Of a stretch of 64,000 bases of DNA, positions 1 to 10,850 are shown one piece after another. Every line of letters begins with the position of its first letter. Position 1 is the first letter of the stretch. Source of the DNA: Antedon mediterranea (lineage: Eukaryota; Animalia; Echinodermata). The notes under the pieces were generated by a model. That model was not told where the DNA came from. It made no database searches and was given only the letters and a program-made list of their open reading frames with translations. The DNA is taken from NCBI RefSeq assembly GCF_964355755.1, contig NC_092680.1, positions 4,960,001 to 5,024,000 on the forward strand, read 5' to 3'. A program made the translations under genes and the position numbers.

Positions 1-443
1 TTCACAAAATAAAAATGATATACAGCAGTAAATTTTTTTCATCAATGTTTATAATATAATCATACACACTTTATCATAAAGATAATGTGGTTTTACAATG
101 TAAAAGTGATTTAAGTATCTATGAAAAAAACCGATTTTTAATTGTGTTATTGAGTATGTAAGCAATACTCATGAAGAACTATACAATTAATGAATTAACG
201 GATATACGGTAATTAACGTTTGTCCTCTGCAGAGTTGGTCTTATAGATAAAGACATTTTAACACCAACGTTTTTGATGTCCGCCTAGCAATAGGCCCAAT
301 AGAAACCAACGTTTTATTGTACAAAACCGTTGATAAATTTAGGTTACTACAATAATAGCCGTAAAGAGTGAATTTAATTTGAATAATAGATGTTATTTGT
401 ACCATAGACATGTTATAATATGTATTGAACAAATCTTATGAAT

Positions 444-593
444 AAATCCAAAGGCAAATTACTGAAAAAATGACAATGCTGTGGGTATCAGTGGCTGGAT
501 CTCAATGGAAATACTAAAAAAAAAGCGAAAAGCTAAATCAAAATGATAAACTAAAATAGCCAGAAAAGTTAGCAGAGCTTTCGGGCAACAATC
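444..593 (-). mobile_element. Short interspersed repeat, probably a Penelope-like element terminal remnant, carrying the 3' half of a minimal hammerhead motif (CCCGAAAGCTCTGC)
   Basis: Same sequence recurs at 6131-6243 and inverted at 8790-8881. This copy is flanked on both sides by AATCTTATGAAT, next to the stop codon of the first GPCR. Family assignment is inferred from the CGAAAGCTC motif and the (TA)n association of the other copies. Confidence 0.55.
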
Positions 594-602
594 TTATGAA
601 TC

Positions 603-1574
603 TTATGAATAGTTAGAAATTTTGGCGCCACAAAATTTCTTCTGAAATGCTTTTCTGAAATCTGCAAGCCGAAACCAATATATGATCGGATTTACAAGAC
701 AATTAATCATCATTAAGAACTGGAAACCGTAATTCCGAATCCATATGTCTGCACGTAGGCTGCATTGTTTAATAAAATGAGTAACTATTGCCCCGTTAAC
801 GGCAGCCGGTCCTATAGTTACTACGAATACTCCTACAATAACAATAAATGTTATTATCATCTTTTTCGATTCTTCAACTCTTTGAGTAGATAACGGAATG
901 TCTTGTCTCTGATTGTTTATATTTTTATAGATAGTTATATATAACATTGTATTTAGAATAACGTAAACGCCTAATAAAGTTGAATACAGCCATTCAAACT
1001 TTCCGCTTAAGTTAAAAAGTAATACAATACCTATTTGACTGATTACTATAGTGAAGATAGAGATTGTACATCTTTTTGTGGTTACAATCTCATGGTACTT
1101 CAAAGGCGCCCATACCAATGCAATATACCGGTCAATGGCAATACAGACGATACAGCTAGCCGATATTAAATATAAACTGGTACTGGCCAATAAAATCGGT
1201 AAAATATAATTTACATTCCGTCGGATAGCTTCGAAAGTTAATATAATACACATCGAACTGAATACATCAGCTACTGCAAGAAAACTGACGAAGAAGTTAT
1301 GTTGCTTGCGAAGTTTTTTGGCGGCTATGATGAGAAACACCACCAAAATGTTTCCCAGAATTGACAAAGCACAAAATAAGTATAAAACTGGTATTGCGTA
1401 AACAAAGAATGGTTCCCTTTGGTGTATTTCGCTTATGCTTTCTATGTATTGTAAGCAGTCCAACACTCTCTCCAAACTTTTTTGCATTGGGCCCGATGTA
1501 AAATTATGCGAATCGAAATTCGTTTTTCCTGTATTACTACGTTTGTATATATCTGTTACAACACTCAATTCCAT
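603..1574 (-). CDS. Class A (rhodopsin-family) orphan GPCR, intronless CDS, most divergent member of the cluster
   Basis: Seven hydrophobic segments with GN (TM1), LAVAD (TM2), IAIDRY (TM3), PLKY (ICL2), NPIIY (TM7), FRKAF (helix 8). First ATG is at 1574; the ORF-track start at 1598 is not ATG. Confidence 0.92.
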   Translation of the reverse strand: MELSVVTDIYKRSNTGKTNFDSHNFTSGPMQKSLERVLDCLQYIESISEIHQREPFFVYAIPVLYLFCALSILGNILVVFLIIAAKKLRKQHNFFVSFLAVADVFSSMCIILTFEAIRRNVNYILPILLASTSLYLISASCIVCIAIDRYIALVWAPLKYHEIVTTKRCTISIFTIVISQIGIVLLFNLSGKFEWLYSTLLGVYVILNTMLYITIYKNINNQRQDIPLSTQRVEESKKMIITFIVIVGVFVVTIGPAAVNGAIVTHFIKQCSLRADIWIRNYGFQFLMMINCLVNPIIYWFRLADFRKAFQKKFCGAKISNYS

Positions 1575-2948
1575 GTTTCTCTTGAAGGAGCAAGTCAAAA
1601 TACTGTTCTATTGCACGTTTGTATTAAAAAAAAACTTACTACTTAAAATTATTGGATTTATTCCCGATAAAATCTTTCGAGTACAAAATTTCAAGTAAGG
1701 ATTTGCCTAAAAATACACTTTAGAAGTACAGTCATGCAAAATAATAGCTTTTGATGAATTGCAAGTTGCGACGAAATACAAGTTTGATATTTCCGGTTTT
1801 TAATGTCAAGTAACCGGACAGAAGATGTATTCCTCGTACTTATCCTGTCACTTCGTAACCATATTAGGATATACATAATAATTATTAAGATAATCCATCA
1901 TCTCTGAGGCCGATGAGACTAGGCAGCAATTAATATATGTTATATCAAAACACATTAATAACTAAATTGATCGATAATAGTGAAAACGAGTTGATAATTA
2001 TTCAGAAAACTGTCAACAAAATTATCGGTTATATTATTAAAATATAATGATTGCACAGTTATTAATGGGCATGGTCTTTTAAGAAATGCAATTAAAGAAA
2101 AATGTTTACACGCAGTAAGTGAACAAACACGTGCTGTTTATAGAAGTTGGTATTGGTATTCCTGTTAATAACGACGCCTATTTGACAGTTTCAATGCTTT
2201 TGTATAGTGTTGTTTCATACTTGTCTTCCATACAAACACATTAGCAGTGTGTCCATCAAAAGATAGTGCAAACAAGATAGTTTAACAATTTAATTCAAAT
2301 TTAGGACAGTGGGTTTAATAATATAAAAATAATAATGAATGTTTATGAGTGTAATGGTACAAATAATGGCATGAGGTGGATGATGAAACGTTATATTTCA
2401 ACGGATTTATATGAAATATTGATCACTAATTAGTTTTAACTGACTTTCATTTCAATCTTTTTGTAATATTGTTTGTAATCTTTGTTTATAATCTAAAGTT
2501 ACAAATTTATTTAGGTTTGATTGACTTGCTTTGAATCTGTAACTGACATTTAGACGTCACTGTCGATTGTTGATTTGATGCATAATCGATACAAATAATA
2601 TTGGTTGGGGTTGGTTATCTACAGTAGATTGGTTGCTTGGTATCTTTTTCTTCTTGTAATGTTTTATTGAAATGTATTTTGCCAAATAAATGATAACATT
2701 GATACATGCTTCTTCTTGTGGACTGGTGAAAATGGTTAGTGGCGTGTGTTATGATGTTTACAATTGTGATAGTTTGACATTAAATCCAATTGGAAAAGTA
2801 TAGTAACTATATGTTATAGTATATCTATATGTTATTTTCACAATTTTCGTTCCAAAAAGTTTCTTGAGGAGTGAAGTTGGTTTTAGCGAATCATCTTTCA
2901 GATCAAATTGGTCTAGTTTTTATATTATTCTGATAATGTCTTTAAACT

Positions 2949-3785
2949 ATGGAAGCCGTTAACTTGACTATGAAAAATGAAAGTTCGATATATTATTGGA
3001 CTGAAACTTCTATCTATTCTTGGACTGAAACTATTGACTATAATGTGGCAATACACCCGTTTTTATTTTACTTGGAAAAATCGGCTGCTGTTTTGTGTGT
3101 GCTGTCTTTTATTGCAAACGTCTTTGTTGTGGGTTTAGTTGTAGGCTCCAAAAGACTTCACAGAAATAGATACATATTTGTTAGCTTTTTAGCATTGTCT
3201 GACGCTGCATCATCCGTTTACGGATTCTTAACGTTTAAAATGTATGAATTTGTAACTATCAGTGATATTTTATTAGGATGCGGATATTCACTGAATTTAA
3301 TATCAGTTTGTTTCATAGCATGTATCGCAGTTAATTGTTATATTGCACTTGTAGGTGCACCACTTAAATACCATATTATTGTTACTACTAAAAGATGTGT
3401 ACTCATTTCTATCACTGTGATAGTAACCCAGTTGGCACTAGGTTTTGGCATAGTATATATAGACTGTTTTAGTTGCTGGACGATAACTATAGGGGTGTAT
3501 ATTTTGTTGAACACGATTTTGTACATAGTCATCTATGTACGAATAAAACATCAACGTATGAACATCCGTATGTCATCAAATAACATTAAAAGTCACAAAA
3601 TGTTAATAACATTCTGCATTGTAACTGGAATATTGATTGTAACATGGGTTCCTGTCATTGTGTATACAATATTAATTGCATGCTATGTTACTTACAATAC
3701 TATATTTATAGGAATCGGACATGTTCTTGTTATTCTTAACTTTCTTCTGAATCCAATTATTTACTTGTTTAGAATGAAAAATTAG
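2949..3785 (+). CDS. Class A orphan GPCR with helix 8/C-tail lost to a frameshift
   Basis: 7TM with LALSD, AVNCY, PLKYH, TWVP, NPIIY. Ends FRMKN* where paralogues continue FRxxEFRKA; atgaaaaattagaaaa vs paralogue atgaaggagtttagaaaa indicates a 2-nt deletion. Confidence 0.85.
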   Translation: MEAVNLTMKNESSIYYWTETSIYSWTETIDYNVAIHPFLFYLEKSAAVLCVLSFIANVFVVGLVVGSKRLHRNRYIFVSFLALSDAASSVYGFLTFKMYEFVTISDILLGCGYSLNLISVCFIACIAVNCYIALVGAPLKYHIIVTTKRCVLISITVIVTQLALGFGIVYIDCFSCWTITIGVYILLNTILYIVIYVRIKHQRMNIRMSSNNIKSHKMLITFCIVTGILIVTWVPVIVYTILIACYVTYNTIFIGIGHVLVILNFLLNPIIYLFRMKN

Positions 3786-3808
3786 AAAATGGTCGATTTT
3801 ACATCTTA

Positions 3809-3939
3809 ATCTCTGTCTACACTATCAAACTATTTTGACAAAACAATGTGTCGTTCCCATATTTGGACATGATGATGGCATATCACCACCATATTTGGGC
3901 ACATCACACTAAAACTAGTTTGATAGTGTAGACAGAGCT
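3809..3939. mobile_element. MITE family A (PIF/Harbinger-like), copy 1
   Basis: TIR (AG)CTCTGTCTACACTATCAAACT ... AGTTTGATAGTGTAGACAGAGCT, TWA-like flanks; six related copies in the window. Confidence 0.85.
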
Positions 3940-4130
3940 TCAGAAAGCAATCGATTTGACGACTTACGATTGGAAACAATATATTAAATAATGCTAATTC
4001 ATTGTGTGCATACAGAAACATTACGTATGCTTCCTCTTTTGATTCCTTGAAAAAATGTTGTCATATTCCAACCGACAGTTAGAATTATTAGACTTTTTAA
4101 AATAACTTCGAGTTGTAATTATAATAAGGG

Positions 4131-4493
4131 TTTTTATTTTATTTATTTATTTTATTCAATTGAAACCAACAGGTTTGATACAAACAAAGTCAGGACTGTT
4201 TAAAGCACCTTGATTGGTCCTAACATTGATCAAGAGCTTCTCTCGTCCAGTGCCCACCCTTGACCAGAGGAAAGGCATGAGCCCAATACGTCTGAGGCAG
4301 ATACTAGATGCAGGGGAAACATAAGAGTCAGCCGTGCTGATTTCAAATGTCTAACGGGGCCCCAGTTCCAGATACAGCACCCGATATTCCCAGATGGTCT
4401 CCCGTCCAAGCTCTAACCAGACCCAATGTTGCTTAACTTCGATGATCTGACGAGAAACGGTGTTTCAACGTGGTAAAACCGTATTTTGTAGGC
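4131..4493 (-). mobile_element. 5S rRNA-derived SINE (SINE3-like)
   Basis: Minus strand 4493-4373 reads as a diverged 5S rRNA (...TACCACGTTGAAACACCGTTTCTCGTCAGATCATCGAAGTTAAGCAAC...TGGGAATATCGGGTGCTGTA), followed by a ~220-nt unrelated body and an A-rich (AAAT)n tail ending near 4131. Confidence 0.8.
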
Positions 4494-4949
4494 ATACAGG
4501 AACATTAGCTATGCTTCCTCGTTCGATTTCTGGACAAACTTTTGGCAAATTCCAAAGGATTACTTCAGGCAATATGATAAAGTTTCGCTCTCAATTAAAA
4601 TTTAATAATAAAGTCAAATTATTAGAATGGTTAACCAACCATTGATATTAGAGTTAACTTGTAATAAAAATGTTAAAGCTGTCATTTATACATCCTTCAG
4701 AGCGGTAACATGTGACGGGGAAACATTAAAGTCTTGGAATTATTCGTATTTTCCTACAATAACGTGTATATTTTGCAGTAAGTTGGTCCTGTATTGCGAT
4801 TGAAGATAAGGATATAGTATTTTCTATTCAATTTTGTGTTTACTAAAGTAATGACAGTAGAGATACATTAGGGGAGCTTTTGTAGGAATACTGATTGCAA
4901 TTGATATCTATCAAACGATAGTTTGAGATGAATTGACATTAAGTCTAAC

Positions 4950-4990
4950 CAAAGAATATAAATAGGTAAAGAATCCTTTTATTATCTTTG
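4950..4990. mobile_element. 41-bp ends-only remnant (excision footprint or internal deletion) of the element at 17692-18108
   Basis: CAAAGAATATAAATAGGTAAAGAATC joined to CTTTTATTATCTTTG, matching the two ends of the 417-bp copy; flanked by GTCTAAC/GTTTAAC (7-bp duplication, 1 mismatch). Confidence 0.8.
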
Positions 4991-5067
4991 GTTTAACTAA
5001 TGTGACAGCGAAGACGGTGTTTTATTTATCTTATCTGTACACTTGTTGCGTCATAAGTGACTAAACA

Positions 5068-5911
5068 ATGGAAGAAAACACTGTGAACTTCAATACCAGT
5101 TATATAGATGGAAATACAAATGATGTACCGGTACTAGATACCAAACCATATTTGTTCTATATACACCATTTCATCAATGTCTTGTCTGTGCTGTCATTTC
5201 TGGCAAATATCTTAGTTGTAATTTTAGTAACTGCTGCAAAAAGGCTTCATAAAAATCGCAACATATTTGTGAGTTGTCTAGCGTTTTTCGACGCCTTGAA
5301 CTCTATGTACGTTTTGTGGGTGAACGAATTTAGTTTGACTGTCTACAGTGCATGGTTTCTTCGAGTTGGATATTCCTCAACTTTAATATCACAATAATCG
5401 CCATTGATCATTACGTAGCACTTGTAGGAGCATCACTTTAAAATATCATATCATTGTTACTGCTAAAAGATGTGTGTTCATTGTTCTTGTCGTAACATCT
5501 CAGATTGCCTTCTATTATTTCGTAGAGAGTATAGCCTGTAGAACTTACTTTGTTTTTATGGTACTAGTTTATATATTTCTCAATACATTACTGTATATAA
5601 TCATTTATGTTCGTATTCTGTTTCAACGAAGACGTCTACGCATGTCAAAAAATGCCGCCAAGAATAACAAGATGCTGACGACATTTATAATAATCACAGG
5701 TGTACTGATTTTAACATGGGGACCAGCTTATATCAATTTAAGTCTAATTGGAAAGAAACATCCTTTACGGTCTCATGGGAACTTGTTGATAATTTATTTC
5801 TTGCAAATAGGCCTAAGCAACTCGATTGCGAATCCAATTATTTACTTATTTAGACTTGATGAATTTAGAAAAGCTATAGAAGAAATTACAAAGTGTACCG
5901 TATTGAGATAA
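5068..5911 (+). pseudogene. GPCR pseudogene disrupted in TM3/ICL2
   Basis: ORFs 5068-5397 and 5474-5911 are the N- and C-halves of a paralogue; deletion and frameshifts at about 5390-5445 (relic AIDHY..ALVGA). Confidence 0.88.
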
Positions 5912-6130
5912 TTTATGAAATAAGAAGCAATTTTTATCATAGAAATATAGGATAACAATGTATATTTTTCAATCAACTGACGTCATGATGAGGGTCAATG
6001 TAATTGTCTATTGTTCTTATTGGTCTCGGCGTCATTTGATTGGATATTATTTTAGGTTTCTACTTTCTTTTGTTTTCTGTAGAAAAATGTTCTTTGCCTG
6101 CTGTGTTTATATATATATATATATGTATAT

Positions 6131-6243
6131 AAATTCAAAGGCAAATTACTGAAAAAAATGACAATGCTGTGGGTATCCGTGGCTGGATCTCAATGGAGAT
6201 ACAAAAATAAAAAGCGAAAAGCTAAATCAAAACGATAAAGTAA
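6131..6243 (-). mobile_element. Penelope-like remnant, copy 2, between (TA)n tracts
   Basis: Near-identical to 444-552; (TA)n on both sides. Confidence 0.55.
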
Positions 6244-6279
6244 ATTATGTATATATATATATATATCTATATATCAAAT

Positions 6280-6327
6280 CTGCAGACAGTACTGTTTCGA
6301 TACTTTTATTATATCTCGTCAGTGCAG
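6280..6327 (-). ncRNA. Type I minimal hammerhead ribozyme motif
   Basis: Minus strand: cugca-CUGACGA-gauau(aauaaaa)guauc-GAAA-cag(ua)cug-UC-ugcag. All core nucleotides are present, stems I-III pair, the cleavage triplet is GUC, and stem III is palindromic (ACAGUACUGU). Confidence 0.82.
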
Positions 6328-7230
6328 CTCAGGTTTTCCAAATAAATATTAACAACAGAACTGGCATAATATAATATAAACATTCATTTGTATATGCCTA
6401 TGTATCGTCACCAAGTATAACTTTAATTAACGATTATCATTTGTTATTGTATTGATATTGAGGTAATTATTAAGTCAATTGTAAGTAAGAAAAATAGAAA
6501 TTAAAGACTGATGGAAACTAATATCTCCAATACTTTGACTGCAGTAAATAGTACTTGGATTATTTTCTGCCATCGTAATACGATTCCGCCATCGTAATAC
6601 GATTCCGAACAGAAATATTAGACGCAGATTCCAATGATTTGTCGCTCTGAATTAAAAATTTAATAACGTGTAGTCAATTTTTTCAAATTGGTTACTCAAC
6701 CGTTAATATTAAATGCAACATGTAATAAGAATTTTAAACCAATAATATCTAAATTCGTTAATATCGGTAGCGTGTGAAAAGACGAACGAACTTGCTGGAT
6801 GTGGAGAAACGTAGATCTTTTTATCTTTTTACTTAATATTAAGCAAGCGTGTTGAAATGAATTGACAAATCTAACCAATGTTATGCGACAGAGACGGGTT
6901 TCACTTCGATTATAAGGCAACATAATACAGTGCTGATATATATTACTATGTATTTCTGAAGGAACACAACATTATTAAACAAACATGCACGGAAATTGAA
7001 GACGTAAATAAAGACAACATACAATTCTCAACCTGCCACTGACCTGGAGCCACGTGTGCTGTATAGTAGGACTTTTAAAGCCGGAATTGGACGAATAAGT
7101 CCCATCCAATTTGGAACATAGACCATCATCCTCAAAACGAGGGTTAGCCAAGAAAAACAGAAGAAGAAGATAAATGTTATGTGTACACTCGATACAATTA
7201 AGAGTATCGTTATTAGTGAATGACTAAACT

Positions 7231-8109
7231 ATGGAAGAAAATAAACTGAAAAACACAATTGAGAATATTACTTTGCTCAGCTCTGTGGATGAAAATCTCA
7301 ACTCTCACAATGATACACTGAATAATATACCATATACATTCTATTTACAAACATTAATTAAAGTTTTATGTATGCTTTCATTTCTGTCAAATATCTCGGT
7401 TGTAATTTTATTAGCTGCTGCAAAAAGGCTTCACAAAAAGCACAACATATTTTTAGGATCTTTGGCAGCTGCTGATGCAATACATTCCGTGTATATTTGG
7501 TGGGTTAATGAATTTAACGTTTATGTTAATAGAAACATGTTTAATGTATGGATTATTCGAGTTGGATATTCCTCATCTTTAACGTCGATTTGCTTCATCG
7601 CATTAATCGCTATTGATCGTTATATAGCACTTGTAGGAGCACCACTTAAATATCATATTATTGTTACTACTAAAAGATGTGCACTCCTTGTTATCACTGT
7701 GATTGTAACTCAGGTTGCTATCTGTTTTTTCTCGGGGAGAATGCAATGTTTTAACTGCTTTATTTTTGTAATAACTAGTTATGTTGTACTCAACACATTC
7801 CTCTATATAATTATATATGTTCGTATTCAGTTTCAAAGAAGAAAATTACGCATGTCAAAAAATAAGGCAAAAGGTAACAAAATGTTAAAGACATTTATCA
7901 TTATCACTTTGGTACTGATTTTAACATGGGGATCATCATCTATCTATTTAGTTCTAACTGAACTGTTTGAAGAAGATACCCTGTTAAGAACGAGTGTAGT
8001 AAATGTTTTGATAATTTTTAATTCTCTTGCTAATCCAATTATTTATGTTTTTAGAATGGATGATTTTAGAAAAGCTATAACTGAATTTAGTAAGTGTAGA
8101 CCTAATTAA
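7231..8109 (+). CDS. Class A orphan GPCR (retains DRY)
   Basis: 292 aa; LAAAD, AIDRY, PLKYH, NPIIY, FRKA. Confidence 0.92.
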   Translation: MEENKLKNTIENITLLSSVDENLNSHNDTLNNIPYTFYLQTLIKVLCMLSFLSNISVVILLAAAKRLHKKHNIFLGSLAAADAIHSVYIWWVNEFNVYVNRNMFNVWIIRVGYSSSLTSICFIALIAIDRYIALVGAPLKYHIIVTTKRCALLVITVIVTQVAICFFSGRMQCFNCFIFVITSYVVLNTFLYIIIYVRIQFQRRKLRMSKNKAKGNKMLKTFIIITLVLILTWGSSSIYLVLTELFEEDTLLRTSVVNVLIIFNSLANPIIYVFRMDDFRKAITEFSKCRPN

Positions 8110-8789
8110 TTTCCAGATACAATAAACCCAAATCATTTTAACTTAAATTCAGAGGACCAATAGTAGTAGTTTAGCTGTAGCTAGTAGCTTAGTAGAAATC
8201 ATTAACATTACGCTTAACATTCTCGATTGTTAAAGTTTGTTTACCTAGGCTAAATAATTTCGCTGGTAAACTGTTTAATTACATATCAATTTGGAATGAC
8301 AGTCAACTTATGACGTGTCAACTGAACGTGAGGTAATTGGTTTGTTTAAAGTTGAAGTCTTTGCAACAATATTGAATATCTGAGTTTCTCAATTACAATG
8401 ACGTCAACCGGAGATATAACAATGAAACATTCAAAATTAAGGTTTTTTTTCTAGTGGAATACTGTCGATTATTGTTAAATCTTTATGTGTAAAACATGGA
8501 AATAGAAACCTTGAACACATTCATGAGCCGGAACTCAAGACATTAGTGTCTGTTTCATCCAAAACTAGTACTATACACTTTTTTAACAACGACCTTGCCG
8601 TTAAATGGAATTAAAATCATCAATACCACGTGATATGAATATCAACTAATCAAAATGCAAGGATAATCATAATGAAAACTTATAGAGAAGGAAAAAATCC
8701 AATGAGAAAGACACACAACACGTAGGAGCTGATGTGAGCAATCAATAAATAAGGGGCGAAGAAACAAGGAAATGATTTAAGAAAATATA

Positions 8790-8881
8790 AAAGCTCTGCT
8801 AACTTTTCTGGCTGTTTTACTATCGTTTTGATTTAGCTTTTCGCTTTTTGTAATTTTTTTCAGTATTTTGCCTTTGGATTT
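8790..8881 (+). mobile_element. Penelope-like remnant, copy 3 (internally deleted), followed by (TA)n
   Basis: Reverse-complement match to 444-580 with a central deletion; begins AAAGCTCTGCTAAC. Confidence 0.55.
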
Positions 8882-9288
8882 ATATATATATATATATATA
8901 TTATATATCTGCAGCTCCATTGTACACACGAATTCATAGCCAAAATAAGATTGTTCGTTCGTTTTTCCAGTGTGAGATTGTATGGTTTTAAAGTGACAAA
9001 AAGAAGGTTTGACAAAGATAAACTTGAAACTTTTCAATTAAACTTTATAAGAAGAATGATCAAAATAAGATGGACAAAATTATATTATGTTCTTAGAATG
9101 GAGTACAGCTGCAGCAACACGGCAAAACATCTGTATATACATTTTCCTCAAGTCAAACAAATATGATTATGACAGCGACAATGACACCGTTTTAGTTACT
9201 GAATGTTGACGTTGGATCCCATTTGTAGGCCTACACCTGGAGTGGAAAATAAAATATCGTAGATGTACATTCTCATGGATTAAAAACT

Positions 9289-10161
9289 ATGGCAGATGAT
9301 TTGGAAAACACAATTGAGGACACTAACACGAGTTGTGTGTATGTACCACTAGACGATGTACTAGATACTAAACCATATTTATTCTATATACAACAATTCA
9401 TTAATGTATTATGTGTGCTGTCATTTCTGGCAAATATCTTAGTTGTAATTTTAGTAACTGCTGCAAAAAGGCTTCATAAAAATCGCAACATATTTGTAGG
9501 CTCTTTAGCGTTTGTCGATGCCATGAATTCTATGTACATTTTGTGGGTGAACGAATTGAGTGAGTTCTACAGTGCATGGATTCTTCCAATTGGATTTTCC
9601 GCAACTTTAGTATCAGTTTGTTTCATAGCATGTATCGCAGTGGATTGTTATATAGCACTTGTAGGGGCACCACTTAAATATCATATTATTGTTACTACTA
9701 AAAGATGTGTACTCCTTGTTATCACTGTGATAGTAACTCAGGTGGCTTTCGGTGTTTTTGTAAATAGTATAGGGTGCATAGTTTGTTTTAGTTTCATGGT
9801 ATTGATCTACGTTTTACTCAACACATTACTGTATATAATCATTTATGTTCGTATTCTGTTTCAACGAAGACGTCTGCGCATGTCAACAAATGCCGCCAAG
9901 AGTAACAAAATGCTTACGACATTTATAGTTATCACAGGGGTACTAATTTTAACATGGGGACCAGCTTCCCTCGGTTACATGCTAATTCAAAGTAATTGCT
10001 ATTTCTTTCAAGATAATTTGTTAATCATTTTTGGATGCGATTTCTTGCAAATTTGTAACTCAATTGTAAATCCAATTATTTACATTTTCAGACTTGATGA
10101 ATTTAGAAAGGCCATAAAAGAAATTAAATGCAATTATCGTCATTTTTTTTGTTTTTTATAG
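9289..10161 (+). CDS. Class A orphan GPCR (DCY)
   Basis: 290 aa; 7TM with AVDCY, PLKYH, TWGP, NPIIY, FRKA. Confidence 0.92.
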   Translation: MADDLENTIEDTNTSCVYVPLDDVLDTKPYLFYIQQFINVLCVLSFLANILVVILVTAAKRLHKNRNIFVGSLAFVDAMNSMYILWVNELSEFYSAWILPIGFSATLVSVCFIACIAVDCYIALVGAPLKYHIIVTTKRCVLLVITVIVTQVAFGVFVNSIGCIVCFSFMVLIYVLLNTLLYIIIYVRILFQRRRLRMSTNAAKSNKMLTTFIVITGVLILTWGPASLGYMLIQSNCYFFQDNLLIIFGCDFLQICNSIVNPIIYIFRLDEFRKAIKEIKCNYRHFFCFL

Positions 10162-10399
10162 GCTCGTCCCACTTTTATTTTAGTTTGCATTACAAATTAT
10201 TTCAATATATACAAGTTCACTATAATAAGGCATATAATATGTATATTCTCTTATATTATTAAAATATTAAAAACGAAGGTCATGTTCTCCATTTTTTTCT
10301 TGTCACATGCAAGTGACGCGTACATATTTGTGATTATTGTTAAAACGTGTTTTTTTAATGACATAGTATATTTAAAAATGAATTAAAAAAAAATTACAA

Positions 10400-10850
10400 T
10401 TATTAAAAACATTTACTTATGACCTACATACAATATATAATATATAAAGACATTCTGAATATTGCGGATTTCATATATTATTAAAATTGTCTAAAAACAT
10501 AATCAAGGGTTACATTACATTACATATTAAAACACAATGATATAAAATACAATTGTAAAACGTAGGGAGAGAGATCTCCAGCACAATTTTAATTATTCAA
10601 TAGATCAAATATCTTGTCTTTACTATTTTTCCATTTCTGATCAGCAGTATAAAAGTTATACGAATATTCATTTTTTATGAGGTTTATAATTTCATTTTTA
10701 AATAGACCCCAAATATTTGCAGATTCTTTTTTTTCTGTCGTTTCTAGTTCTTTATATATTATGTAGGATTTATATATACAAAAAGTAAAAACTGAAATTA
10801 ATTCGTTTACAAGTTTGTTTTTTGTTCCCAAAATTGCATTAATCCTTGTC
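10400..10850 (-). mobile_element. Possible 3' fragment of a second non-LTR retrotransposon (L1/Tx1-like ORF2 C-terminus plus UTR)
   Basis: ORF 10589-10852 (ILG...FCIYKSY...F) loosely resembles LINE ORF2 C-termini and abuts the 5' break of the adjacent LINE; weak evidence. Confidence 0.25.

Noticed and set aside
4373-4493. Functional 5S rRNA gene
   Set aside because: Many substitutions, a 5' insertion, no oligo-T terminator, and it continues into a SINE-like body and tail.
6569-6607. 19-bp perfect tandem duplication GCCATCGTAATACGATTCC
   Set aside because: Single local duplication with no further structure.
7040-7170. Possible RTE-like LINE 3' end with (GAA)n tail upstream of gene 7231
   Set aside because: Only a short tail; no coding homology or TSD visible.
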